A stretch of DNA of 64,000 bases. Source: Lama guanicoe. Lineage: Eukaryota. Each line of letters opens with the position of its first letter. Positions within the stretch are counted from its first letter, which is position 1. Under the pieces are notes generated by a model that worked only from the letters and a program-made list of their open reading frames with translations, made no database searches and was not told the DNA's origin. The position numbers were made by a program, and so were the translations under genes. Shown piece after piece: positions 53,135-64,000 of this stretch. The stretch spans positions 14,822,029-14,886,028 of the forward strand of contig MU054323.1 in NCBI GenBank assembly GCA_013239625.1, in the 5' to 3' direction.

Positions 53135-55530
53135 ACTTCACCCAGTGTCCTACATGGCAGTCCCTCAAGAGGAGATTAACCAACCATGTAGTCAAACCCT
53201 GCGGCACCTAATTAAAGTTTGGAGTGTTCCTCCTGGTGCTACGGTGTCTTGCTGTGAAATAGCCCTGGTACTGCCTGTTACCTCTGTACCTATTGGGTCA
53301 TAGATAGGGCTTACTTATTTTTGCCCGATGTGGGCATACCATAATACACCTTAGAGTCAAAACTATCCAAATGATGGTTTGTTTGTATTTTTTTTTTAAC
53401 AGACCCCAGGTTGTGTTACACTAACAATATTTTTTCACTCTCTTTGGACATTCCACATCATTTTTTGATGCAGGTAGTGTCAAAAGTTGTTTATAAGTTT
53501 ATAATCTGAACTTTAACCTGACAATATAATGTAATGATTAAAATTTACTTCATCAGCTTCTTTCTCCCCTCAATAAAGTTAAATATGATAGACTTCGGGT
53601 GTTCCAGTTAATTTTGTCCATAATTGTGAGCAATCATAATCAATCAACTTCACACATTAAATATCCTTTGTCTTCTTTAAATTGTGATTCACTATGTGTA
53701 TTTCAAGACAAGTAATACTAAAATAAGCATATGGTTCCATCCAGTTCTTTAGGTCTTCTGAACTGCTGACAAAAATTTTAAATTCAGTTAACTAACTAAC
53801 ATTTAAGAAATTATACTCTCACTGAGAGGAAGTCTCAGTTGTGGTGGTCACCAAAGCAAAAGTGACCAAATATAGCTAGCTGTAGATTCACACTACAGAT
53901 GTCGTATTCTTTAATACACTTACAAGACTGCAGAGCTCAGAGAGTGACAGGATTGTTTTGCATTAGTCTTGCAGGTGCGTGTGTGTATGTATATGTATAC
54001 AGTATGCTTTACATTAGATATGTTGCTTTGCCCTCAGTAAAGTTAGGTAAGAACTATATTCTATTTTATATTTATTTTAAATGGATGCTTTTGACTTGAA
54101 AAGTATTATGTCAAAGGAATTCTGGCACTGCTACCCACTGTTTCCAAACCCTTTTCATCCTATTTCACCATCAAGACCATGTTAGTAACCTCACGTCCTC
54201 TATACCAGAGTTGCTGTTGTTGTTGCTGCTGTTGTTAACTTTAATGCACATTTTAATATTTCCTGCTCCTGAATTCACTGATGTAATAGTTCTGGCAAAT
54301 CATGTCTCTCTAGGTAGGACAAGTGTTGCTAACAGACAGATAACAAAAGCTATGTGCCTTTTCATGAATCCAATATCTCTAATTTACTTTTCCCTCAAGA
54401 ATGTATTTGCTTTCTACATTGCTTCAGAGTAAAACCCTCAATCATCTGTCAGCATGTGTTCTTGGGCTGACATTTCTGATGTGATAAAAGTAGAATTTTA
54501 AACAGGAAAAAGAATCAACAACTACATTTAGTCTAAAAATCTGTCAAGTGGATCTTAAATAGCTGCATGGATGTAGCATGATCAGCTCTGGGAGAATGTG
54601 AGAAAAATAACAGAATTCAGCTTGGCTGTGTATCACGTCCCTTCACACTGGACAGAGAGTCAATCATAATGTGTTTCATTTAATTGTGGTAATTAAAATG
54701 CATGCTCTTAATCCCATCCTATAATGTACTTTTATACTCTAGAAAACACGTCAGCATGTATTATCACTTTTAATTCTCACAGAACCCCTAAGATACATAG
54801 TATTGTACTCATTTTACGAATGATGAAACTGAAGTTCATGGAGGTGTTAGGAGGTTTGCCTAGGTTTACATGGTTAGTGCCAGCAGAACTGGAAGCCAAA
54901 CTAGAGATGTTTGACTTGGAAATTCAGCTGTCATTTACACCAGTCTAATGTTGAGCAGCCTTGGATCTGAGGGGAAGTTAGAGTAAGTCACTAATCTTTA
55001 CCCTCCTGAAAATATTAATTTGAGTAAAATACTTATAATGTTCTGTAACAACATTAATTCATCAATATTTATAAGGAGCAGTATTACAATTTTAGGGGCA
55101 GTCACAAACCTCTCTTAGGTCATAAAAAATCAAAATAATCCACTGCCAACTTGACCATAAATGTATTGACACAGCATGAAAAATCTGAAGGAGCCATACG
55201 CCTACATTTGTAAAATATCATTTTGTATCTGCAGGAATTAGTCAAGAGAATAAATAAATGGATCTATGATTTTCATTCAGTTTCAGAAACAGAAGATTTT
55301 GCAAAATCACTCAGTATCTGATGGCTCCTTATAACCAGTAAAAGCAATGAAAATGACCAATATAGCAAAACTCAAATACATTTTAGAAATTAATAGCCTT
55401 TTCATTTGCACTTGGTTAATAATGGCTTCAATTAAAACATAATTTCTTGCTTCAAAGAATGAGTCTGAAAACAGATGCCATCACTGATAACAGTAAATTA
55501 TCAGTGAAATTCCTTGAGGGAAATGAGTAT
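53135..55530 (+). pseudogene. Decayed collagen exons
   Basis: tttttttcctgtag acceptor ending 53134; SRGD, VPPGAT, SPGTA; VKGIL. ORF 54211 EFT DVI VLA NHV..GRT SVA NRQ ITK. Also SLGSEGKL, LEGNE. Confidence 0.7.
54720..54945 (-). mobile_element. MIR SINE
   Basis: tttaattctcacagaaccctaagat..cattttacgaatgatgaaactgaag..tttgcctaggtttacatggttagt. Confidence 0.75.
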
Positions 55531-56769
55531 TTTTCTTTAGGGAAATGAGTATTTTCAGTTTCCTGATTTCATTAATAAGATATTAAAAGTTGGAAACCAT
55601 ATCTACATCTTCTTTATAAATAATATTTTAAACGCAAATTGTGTTTCATAAATGTTATTAACAATTTGACTAAGTTCCTAAGAAACCTACCAATGAGAAA
55701 ATGCAGCATAATATAGAAAAAGGAATATAATTGTAAAATACAGTAATATGATTGTTAAATTAAAAATAAAAGTTAAAACTAAATTTAAAAACATATAAAT
55801 AAATTTAAAATAAAACTCATGGATACTGAGAAAGAAAGATCTTATATAATTTTCAAAACTTTATTTTACTATTGAAGGTACATATAGATTAAGCTAGGCA
55901 TTGTGGGGGGGGTGTGCATACTTAAAAAGGAACTCACATCTAAGCCAGTAATTACAATGCAGTGTGGTAAATTCTATACAGGAACTAAGTACAAAAGTCT
56001 TTGGATTTGATGCACCAAGGATTATGCAATCTGTACTAGATCTTGAAGGACTAGAAGAATTTACTATGTGGAGACTAGAAAGATATTTCAGGGAAGGAAA
56101 TCACAGGTATGTTCACATCAGGATATGAAAGAACATACTGATACTACTGGTTAAAATACTTTTCACTCAGTGCTAACACACAAGCCAATTATAATGCTAC
56201 TATAGTGTGATTTCATGAGATAAACATTTCCTGACAAAATTCTGACTTCCCTATATGTCCAAAGGAACCTTTGCATGTATCAACTCAGATGGTGAACACT
56301 GAAGGCAACTCTAAAAATTTAGCCTATCTTGGTGTCCTATGGAATTAAGCCATTTCACACTGTAACACCTTAAATTGAATAATTCTGTAATATTCCAAAA
56401 ATAGCATAGAAAGGAGCACAGGATAAGAAAAGAGGAAGCACAAAGAGATGAGCACATAGTTCCCTAAGCAGTCATGGGCATCATAAGAACTCAAAGGAAA
56501 AGGAAAATATTGGCAGTGGGTCATAGACATTTTAAAAATGAGCTTGCTATGCTACAAAATCATCCTTCATACTGGGTTTAGTTCTGAGCCGTCCCTTCTT
56601 TTTCTATCTCTTTTTTGTACTTTCCCATGAGAAATACTTTACCTTCAAGCTTACTTGGCAGGAAGCAAAGGAGACAAATCAAGTTGGAGTGGAAATTTTG
56701 AAGGGGACTAAAGAAATACAAAGGAACAAGAGAGATACAAGATGAGAAATAGAAATGAGCAAGATGCTG

Positions 56770-57350
56770 AAAAGGTCACAGATTCTGGTATTAGGCAGTC
56801 AAAGAATCCAATCTTACTGGTCATTTACAAGCTCTGACTAATACTGAACAAGGTACTTAACTTCTCAGTGTCTCAAACCTAAGAAATATAGGTACTTTCT
56901 GCTTTGCTGAGTGATTTTGAGAATTCTCTAACCCTCTGCTTTACTTTTATTCCTAACATTAATCATCACTTGGCATAGTAAATATTTATTTGATTAACTG
57001 TATTCTATCTCTCAAACTCAGGTAAGTTCCTGAGGTCAGGGGCTTTTCTGTTTGTTTGTTTTTTCCCACTGTATCTCCAGTGCCTAAAACAACCCATGGT
57101 TAGAGTGGGAGTTCAGTAAAGAATTGCTGCATGAATGAATTAGCTTAACGAATACATAATATAAACATATGAGTGCAATACCAGACACACTTAATAATAG
57201 GCACTTAATAAATGCTAGAGAGATGTAGACAGACTTAGGTTTGAACTCTGGCAGACTTCATTGCTAACTGTGTGAACCTGAGCTTTCTTACCTGCAAAAT
57301 GGGTGTGAGGAAGAATAATGTTCACCTTCGGTGACTGTCATTAAGGTAAG
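56770..57350 (+). mobile_element. MIR with a nested L2 3' end (~56925-57140), followed by a second MIR
   Basis: acttaacttctcagtgtctca..; ccactgtatctccagtgcctaaaaca..atgaatgaat; ..taggcacttaataaatgctag; ggtttgaactctggc..ctgtgtgaacctg. Confidence 0.65.
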
Positions 57351-58435
57351 GTAATTAAATGGGGTAACTAATACCTAGCTTATAATCAATGCTAAATCCA
57401 TGGTATTCAGAGAGTAATTCAAAGTAAGGGGCTTGCCCAATAAGATGAATACTAAATTTCCACAGAACCAAGTTCCTCCATAAATAAAATAGCCTAGTTT
57501 GAAAATGCCCAGGTAAGGAGACAAGAGGTGACAATGGTAAATGGTGTTCCCCTGAAGATAGTATCACTACAGGACAATTAGAAATAAATTTTGTTTATGG
57601 TTAGAATGTAGCTACAAGAAGCTAACACCGAGATTCAGAGGGTTATGCATTGGTTTTTATTCATAACTACATATGAGAATTCTTGTTTTTCCAAGTGTAC
57701 CTTCTTGAGGGGCTCCCATATATCAAAATGGTCATGTTGAAAGCAAAGTCATTTTCATAAAACAAGGTGATACAGGGTTAAATTACTCATCATATCTTAT
57801 TTTTTAAGAAGGTAGTCTCCTAAAAATGCTGGACTTAAGTGCAACATCTAAAGACAAAGTGAGCTAAATTGGTCCTGAGAAAAGAAGGGCAGGACTTACC
57901 ATTTGCCCAGTTTGACCCCAATGATAATCCCCCCAAGGCATCTATCTTTCCTAATTTTCCATACTCAGCTAGGTGTTCAAAACAATATTTGAAAAAGATA
58001 ACAAGAACATGAATTTGTTCAACCAGTGTTATGCGGGCAGTGTATATAAGAGAACCACAAAACAACTTAGTAGTAAACAAGCATGTTGAATTTTAGTAAA
58101 ATGCCCAAATTTTTACACGATTGAAGATTCAATTTTATTACTGCAGTAAAATTGCATTACACAAAGTTGCTTCATCTTATTTTGCTCTCTTTCATATTCT
58201 TCTCCGTATACACAGGAATGATAACGAGAAGTAGAGAGAAAGAGATGCCACTCCACAGAAATTCATATGTTTGCCAACTTAGACAATGACAACTAAGTAT
58301 CCTGTAAATACCTGGGATATTATAATAAGAGCCCAAATATATTACTCATCTCAGCCACAAGAGATGTAGGCAGTGATTTAAATGTTATATATATATATAA
58401 CATATATATATGCAAGTATAAATAATCTTACATCA

Positions 58436-58862
58436 TATCATTGTTCGGGTATTCCAGGAAGCTGACCTGACGAAGAGTTTAGTGTACAGGATGTTTACTA
58501 GCAAGCATCCTTAGCATTAACACTTGTGGAACAGAGAAGAAGGAAGCAGAACTGGACAGATGAAGAAGTCAACCTGTGATGGAGTTTCAAAGACAGTTTT
58601 AAGTCATTGTACAGAGAAATCTTCAGCTACAATGAACATCAGAGTTGTTCAATCAGGGCTAAAGTGGCTGGGCTTTGTATTTCTACACTGATCAAATGTG
58701 CCCTTTTCTGGAAAAAGTATGACCTTGGAAAAGGTGGCTTTCTATAGCTAAAGCAGTACTAGAGAGACTGAGAGTTGAAGGCTGTCTGCAGACAGTGCTC
58801 AGAGCAACTGGAGCAAAAAGATCTTCCTTCCACGAAGGGGGATCTAAGTGGTGCTCACTACA
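58436..58862 (-). mobile_element. LTR16-family (ERVL) solo LTR
   Basis: ccaggaagctgac..aggatgtttactag..aacacttgtggaa..aaggaagcaga..gaagggggatct..cactaca. Confidence 0.75.
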
Positions 58863-60490
58863 TCTTATATTTTTCTACTCCTTAAAGGACATCTGCCTAC
58901 AGCCGTACAGTTTGGTGTATATTATGAATTGTCCTGAGAAAAACAGCTAGATGCTGAAGTACTTTTTTCTGGTTGGGCAAAAGTAAGGGAAATCTTTAAG
59001 AATGTGGCACCCATTTGTAAAAGAAAAAGAGAACACAAGTTTGAGCTCAGAACTAGGTGCTGAAAGCACTAAATGATAAATCTTTTTTTTAAAGGTATCC
59101 TTGAGGAAAATGCTAATCTCAGTACTAGGTACAATCTGAAGACCAAGCCTTAAGTGGAAACGATGTGGAAATGCTGAAGCTGATACTCCATACTAAACAG
59201 AGATTCTAGAGGGGGGCTGTAGTGAACAACATTGCCTATGACCTTGATCCTCCTTCAGGACTGAGACACTCATTCCCCCAGATACCTGAATATAGAGGTA
59301 GGGAGCTAATACACCAAAAGTTACACACCTTCCTGGGAAGAGCAGACATAATGATTGGTTGATATAGGGAATGTATTAACATAAAGGTCCAGTACCTTCC
59401 TTCATTAGGGAGACAACCATGAAAGTTCATTCCAGGTCCAGAAGTCTCCATAGGATCAGCTGAGGCCCATGCTATAACTTCACTGTAGATCAATTCTTCC
59501 TCTGCCTGATTCTACAGCCCTCATTACTTTACTGGTATTGCTCCTGAGAGCACTTCACAATAATTCTTCTTCACAGAAATTTCCATTTTAGAATCTATTT
59601 CTTGGAGACCCTTCATATGACAGTTTGGTACACAGAAGGCAATTCTAAAGTGGGATTTTCAGAGTAGGATCATGAGTGGGCTATCTGGTGATAGGGGTTC
59701 CAACCTTAGTAAAATATAGAATACTGAGAAACCTAGCATGCTGCAGTGATGTAATTGTTAACACTCCTTTGTTGGGATGGAAAAATCAATAGAAGGGAGC
59801 ACACTGCTGTTGTGATATTGCAGGAATTTGAGAGAGATGGCAAAATATTAATTATACTATATAATTATGGAATTGCTGTTGGCTACCCATACATTGAAGG
59901 TAAACAATGTAAACTTTAGAGTAGGTAATCAACAATGTGAGACAAAGTAAAAGAGTTAGAGTCTCCTTGGCAGTGTATATAGAGATTCACATCTTCAGCA
60001 GCAAAAGGGAAAACCAATCTGAACCTTCTGAGTCTATAGAAGTGGCCCATTCCTCCCTGTTAAAGGCTAGTTCTCAACTCATGATGGTACAGGGGCTTCT
60101 GTCTTGCAAGCCAACCTGCCCACCCACCTCAGAATCTATCTCCATCTCATCTTGTGGCTTCCAGACCCATGATTAAAGTAAAATCTCAGCATAACCTCAC
60201 TGGGGAAGTATTGGACTGGCTAAAGGAGGAAAGAGACTATATGCCAACAAAGTTGCAGGACCTAGTCATCATAGACCAGCTGCAGCTGTGGGAATATGTA
60301 TGGGATCAAATCCTTATGTGATAGAGCAGAGAAGATGGACTATAAGTTGGATAAGGTAGAGTTTACTAATTGAACAAAAATTTTTACATCATGGCAAGGA
60401 TTCCAGGAGACACTAGGCTGCTGGGATGGCTGTAGTAAGATCAGAAAAAGTGATGGGTCAAAATGAATGAGATGAAAATGCTAGGACTCC

Positions 60491-61807
60491 CACACCATAC
60501 ACAAAAATAAACTCAAAATGTCTTAAAGACTTAAATATAAGACAGAATCCCATAAAACTCTTAGAAGACAATATGGGCAAAACATTCTCTGACATAAACT
60601 GTAGCAATGTTTTCTTAGGTCAGTTTCCCAAAGCAATAGAATTAAAAGCAAAAATAAACAAATGGGACCTAATCAAACTTACAAGCTTTTGCACAGCAAA
60701 GAAAACCATAAACAAAATGAAAAAACAACCTACTTCTGGGAGAAAGTATCTGCAAAAGATGTAACAGACAAGGGCTTAATTTCTAAAATATACAAGCAGC
60801 TCATGCAACTCAACAACAAAAACAAACAGCCCAGTAAAAAAATGGGCAGAAGATCTAAACAGGTACTTCTCCAAAGAAGACATACAGATGGTCAATAGGC
60901 ACATGAAAAGTTGCTCAATATCGCTAATAATTAGAGAAATGAAAATCAAAACTACAATGAGGTACCCCTTCACAAGTATCAGAATGGCCATTATTAAAAA
61001 GTTTATAAATAAATGCTGGAAAGGGTGTGGAGAAAAGGGATCCCTCCTACACTGTTGGTAGGAATGTAAATTGGTGCAGCCAGCACAGAAGACAGTATGG
61101 CGTTTTCTATAAAAGCTAAAAACAGAATTGCCACATGATCCAGTAATCCCACTCCTGGGCATATATCTGGAAAAAACTCTAATTTGAAAATATACATGCA
61201 CCCCAATGTTCACTGAAGCACTATTTACAATAGCCAAAACATGGAAGCAACCTAAATTTCCATTGACAGATGAATGGATAAAGAAGATGTGGGGGGGGGG
61301 TGTGTTACTCAGCCACAAAAAGAATATATTGTCATTGGCAGCAAGTTGGATGGACCCAGAGATTATCACACTAGGTGAAGTAAGACAGACAGAAAAAGAC
61401 AAATATCATTTGATACCATTTACATGTAGAACCTAAAATATGCTACAAAAGAACTTATTTACAAAACAGAAACAGATTCATAGAAGCAGAAAACAAACTT
61501 GTGATTACCAAAGGGGAAAAGGGGTGGGGGAGGGATAAATTAGGAGTTTGGGATTAACAAATTCAATCTACTATATATAAACTAAATAAAAAAGGTCCTA
61601 CTGTATAGCCCATGAAACCATATTCAATATCGTGTAATAAACCAAAATGGAAAAGAATATAAAGAGGAATATACATATATATACAGACACACAGACACAC
61701 ACACAGACAGTATATCTGAATCACTTTACTGTATATCAGAAACCAACACTACTTGTGAATCAACTATACTTTAATAAAAAATTGAAAAAATTTTAAAACG
61801 TTTAAAC
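60491..61807 (+). mobile_element. 5'-truncated LINE-1 (ORF2 C-terminus plus 3' UTR), frameshifted, with a 15-bp TSD
   Basis: TPYTKINSK.., [41 protein letters not shown] aaatgctaggactcc (60476-60490) / aaatgctagaactcc (61808-61822). Confidence 0.95.
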
Positions 61808-62279
61808 AAATGCTAGAACTCCTGTGGCTGGTGGTTGAAAAGAAATCAGAAAGGCTCAGAAAAGTGGGAATGCTAAGGTGGATATACTATGTAAGGCTAG
61901 AAAACCCTAAAGCTGACTAGGCCCTACAGTATCGTCAGGAACACACTCTGTGTACTGAAGTAACAGAAATGTGCTGGTGGAAGGGGCACCAGCACTTGTG
62001 AGAATCTGCTTTGAGTCTGATGATAGGAGATAATTCTACAGCCCTGGAATTTCTAATAAAAATAGTGATGATAGTATCCCAAATGTAATAGAGGGAGAAA
62101 TTATGGCACTTTATAATCAAAAGCAAGGGAGATAAAATCATTTTAATGGGTGGGCAAAGCAAAAATGGCCGCCAGTTTATCTGACTTGAAAGTGATTATG
62201 GAGACGGTTAATAGAAATTGAACATTCTAGGAGCAAAATAGATGCACAGCTAGCAAAGGTATTGTTGATTAATCTGTAC

Positions 62280-62503
62280 CAGTATTTCTCAACCAAGGGA
62301 AATTCTGACACCTCCATCTCCATGAGGGGACACTCGGCAATTGTCTGGAAACATTTTTGGCTGTCACAGCTTAGGAGGTGCTCTCACATCTAGTAGACAG
62401 AGGGCAGCGGATGCTGCTAAATATCCTGCAATGCACTAACAACTCCACACTCAAAGAATTATCTGGCTCAGAATGGCAATAGTGCTGAGACTGAGAAAAC
62501 ACG
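62280..62503. mobile_element. MER20 (hAT)
   Basis: cagtatttctcaacc..tgtctggaaacatttttggctgtcacagc..ggatgctgctaaatatcctgcaatgcac..aatagtgctgagactgagaaa. Confidence 0.9.
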
Positions 62504-63044
62504 GTTTACACAAAAAGTAAGTCAAGGATAGAACATCAGGAAGCTGAGGGAAGATACTGTCAAAAATGTCTCATCCCAGACCTGAGCCAGTTTTCAGGTT
62601 TGGAACATATTAACTAAAGAAAGAATCCTGTAACACCACAGCAGGTATATATGGAAATGACTGTCCCAGTCCTTCCCAATGAGACTCCTGGCTATTTACT
62701 GGTGTTACAACACAGTCGGTAAAGTAGAATACTCAGGTATTTCAAGACTGTGAGACACAGATAGCATTAATTCTTAAGAACCAAAAGATTTTTCATGCTC
62801 CCTCCCTTAATGTGATGCATATAAGTTTTAGGTTGTAAATGGAGTTTTGGTTTTTGTTTAACTGACAGTGGATCTACTGGATCCATGGAGCCATCTAGTA
62901 ATCCTTCATCTGTTCTCAAATATGTACTGTAGCAGACATACTTGATAGTTGTCAGAAATATATTGGTTCTTTGACCTAATGGGGTAAGGGCTATCATATT
63001 GGTGAAGGTCAAAGGAAAGCTCCTGAAACAGCCTACAGTACAAT

Positions 63045-64000
63045 AAAAAAAAGTCTATGATGAGGCATATCATAGTGGAACTGTTGAAAGATAATGATAA
63101 AGAGTAAGTCCTGAAAGCAACAAGAGAAGAACAATATATTACCTATAGGGGAACAAAAACATCAACTATTGTTGGCTTTGTATCAGAAATCACAGAGCAG
63201 AAAAGAGAGTACAACAACTTCTTTAAAGTGCTAGGAAAAAGTGTATCCCAAAAAATATTATTTTGAATTAAAGGCAAACAGAAGACATACCCAGATAAAA
63301 GAATATTGCAGAACAATCTGTCACCAGCAGACCTGCTGTAGAAGAAGTGCAAATGAGATGTCTTTAATCTAAAGAGAAATAATATCAGAAGAAAACACAG
63401 ATTCTCATAGAATGAAGAACAGTGGAAATAGTGAATAACTGTGTTAATGCAAAAGACTATGTATCTCTCTATAATCTTCCTATTAATTTCTTTATAAAGT
63501 CTATGCATTCAAAACAGAAACCATAACATTGTTTTGTTGGGTTAATAATTAATGTAGTTTTTTTACACACAACAACTATAATATAAAGAAATGGAGTACA
63601 TGAACCTGTAAGTTTGAAATATTTATATAATTTACATGAAGTAAATTATATACATGAAGTTCATCATCATTAAACCTAAATAGACTGTGGAAAGATGTAT
63701 AGAAATATGACATCTTTAAGTGAGCCATAAGAAAAGGCAAAGAAGTATAGTAAAAGGAAAACTAAAATAGGGTTCTTAAAAATATTTTAATAATTTTACA
63801 AAAGCTTGGAAATAAAGAACAGAAACAAGAGGTAAGAAGAAGAAATAACATGGCAGACTCAAATAAAATCATATCAATAATATTGTTAAAAGTTAATAAA
63901 CTAAATTAATGTAATTTAAAGCAAATTTTGAACACAAGTTTTTTTTTTTAAAGCAAAAGAGCAGCCCCAAAATTGAATATTTTGTGGACAATAAATGACA
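63045..64000 (+). mobile_element. Old L1M ORF1 C-terminus / inter-ORF region
   Basis: RHIIVELLKDNDKE*VLKATREEQYITYRG resembles the L1 ORF1 motif RHIIVKL..KEKILKAAREK..ITYKG. Confidence 0.75.

Larger units (their letters stand above)
1416..59217 (+). pseudogene. Fossil (unitary) pseudogene of a giant, multi-exon collagen; triple-helix region only, both ends outside the window
   Basis: Gly-X-Y codon periodicity on the + strand in most non-TE segments. Examples: 17455-17517 has first codons GCT,CGA,CGG,GTG,GGA,GAT,GGA, restoring to GKLGRTGKDGxEGAVGPQGDF. ORF 21022 reads DAKGLTGRMSSIGENFLGKSVNRGEG. ORF 6042 ends LPGPSSFPNIK..RERGIKAKEGAI. ORF 51076 reads RSPSLPIFIAFLSIRMSR. Many stops, frameshifts and TE insertions; residual ag/gt splice sites. 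Confidence 0.9.
56250..59217 (+). pseudogene. Decayed collagen segments up to the ERVL insertion
   Basis: SKGDK, LKGTKEIQ, VRGLP, TRGDNGKWCSP, KQGDTGL, NAGLK, REKEMP, IPGIL. 58881 LKGHL..FSGWAKVRGNL*ECGTH. DSRGG immediately before the LTR start at 59218. Confidence 0.8.
59218..63035 (+). mobile_element. ERVL provirus remnant: 5' LTR16-type LTR (59218-59622) plus ERV3-16A3-like internal gag/pro, interrupted by L1 and MER20
   Basis: LTR tgtagt..tatgaca, then PBS-like ttggtacacagaag. Decayed gag motifs EYVWDQIL and KLDKVEFT; across the L1, MNEMKMLGLLWLVVEKKSERLRKVGMLRWIYYVRLENP. Confidence 0.8.

Noticed and set aside
55517..55555. 17-bp direct repeat agggaaatgagtatttt (period 22)
   Set aside because: A small local duplication with no element between the copies and no sign of function.
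56765..56782. KGHR collagen cross-link motif
   Set aside because: It overlaps the start of a MIR-like sequence, so its origin is ambiguous and I did not use it as evidence.
60573..61436. L1 ORF2-like ORFs and the 208-aa antisense ORF
   Set aside because: A 5'-truncated, frameshifted L1 copy; the antisense ORF is a common L1 by-product.
1..64000. CRISPR arrays, operons, rRNA or genuine tRNA genes
   Set aside because: This is mammalian DNA with no repeat-spacer array; the only tRNA-like sequence is the SINE head.

Overview
AT-rich, CpG-poor mammalian genomic DNA, very probably camelid (a tRNA-derived Vic-1-type SINE at ~5.9 kb and artiodactyl-type L1 3' ends). I find no intact protein-coding gene. 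About half the window is interspersed repeat: L1M/L1, L2, MIR, MER33, MER20, MER5, MLT1, LTR16/LTR33/LTR78-like LTRs and an ERVL provirus remnant. The main result is that most of the non-repeat DNA from ~1.4 kb to ~59.2 kb is a heavily decayed + strand collagen gene. In segment after segment, every third codon is GGN or one or two substitutions from it, and the X-Y pairs are collagen-typical (PK, EK, LP, FP, FK, SP, DK, QK, ER). Many segments keep ag/gt splice signals. My hand tally is roughly 15-21 kb of Gly-X-Y coding remnant (>5,000 codons), several times the ~1,014-residue helix of fibrillar collagens. No N- or C-terminal non-collagenous domain is visible, so the gene seems to run past both ends of the window. 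Ancient elements (L2, MIR, L1ME, MER20, MER33, MER5, LTR16) sit inside its exons, which suggests it died before or around the eutherian radiation. Repeat family names come from my recall of consensus sequences and boundaries are approximate. No database search was possible.
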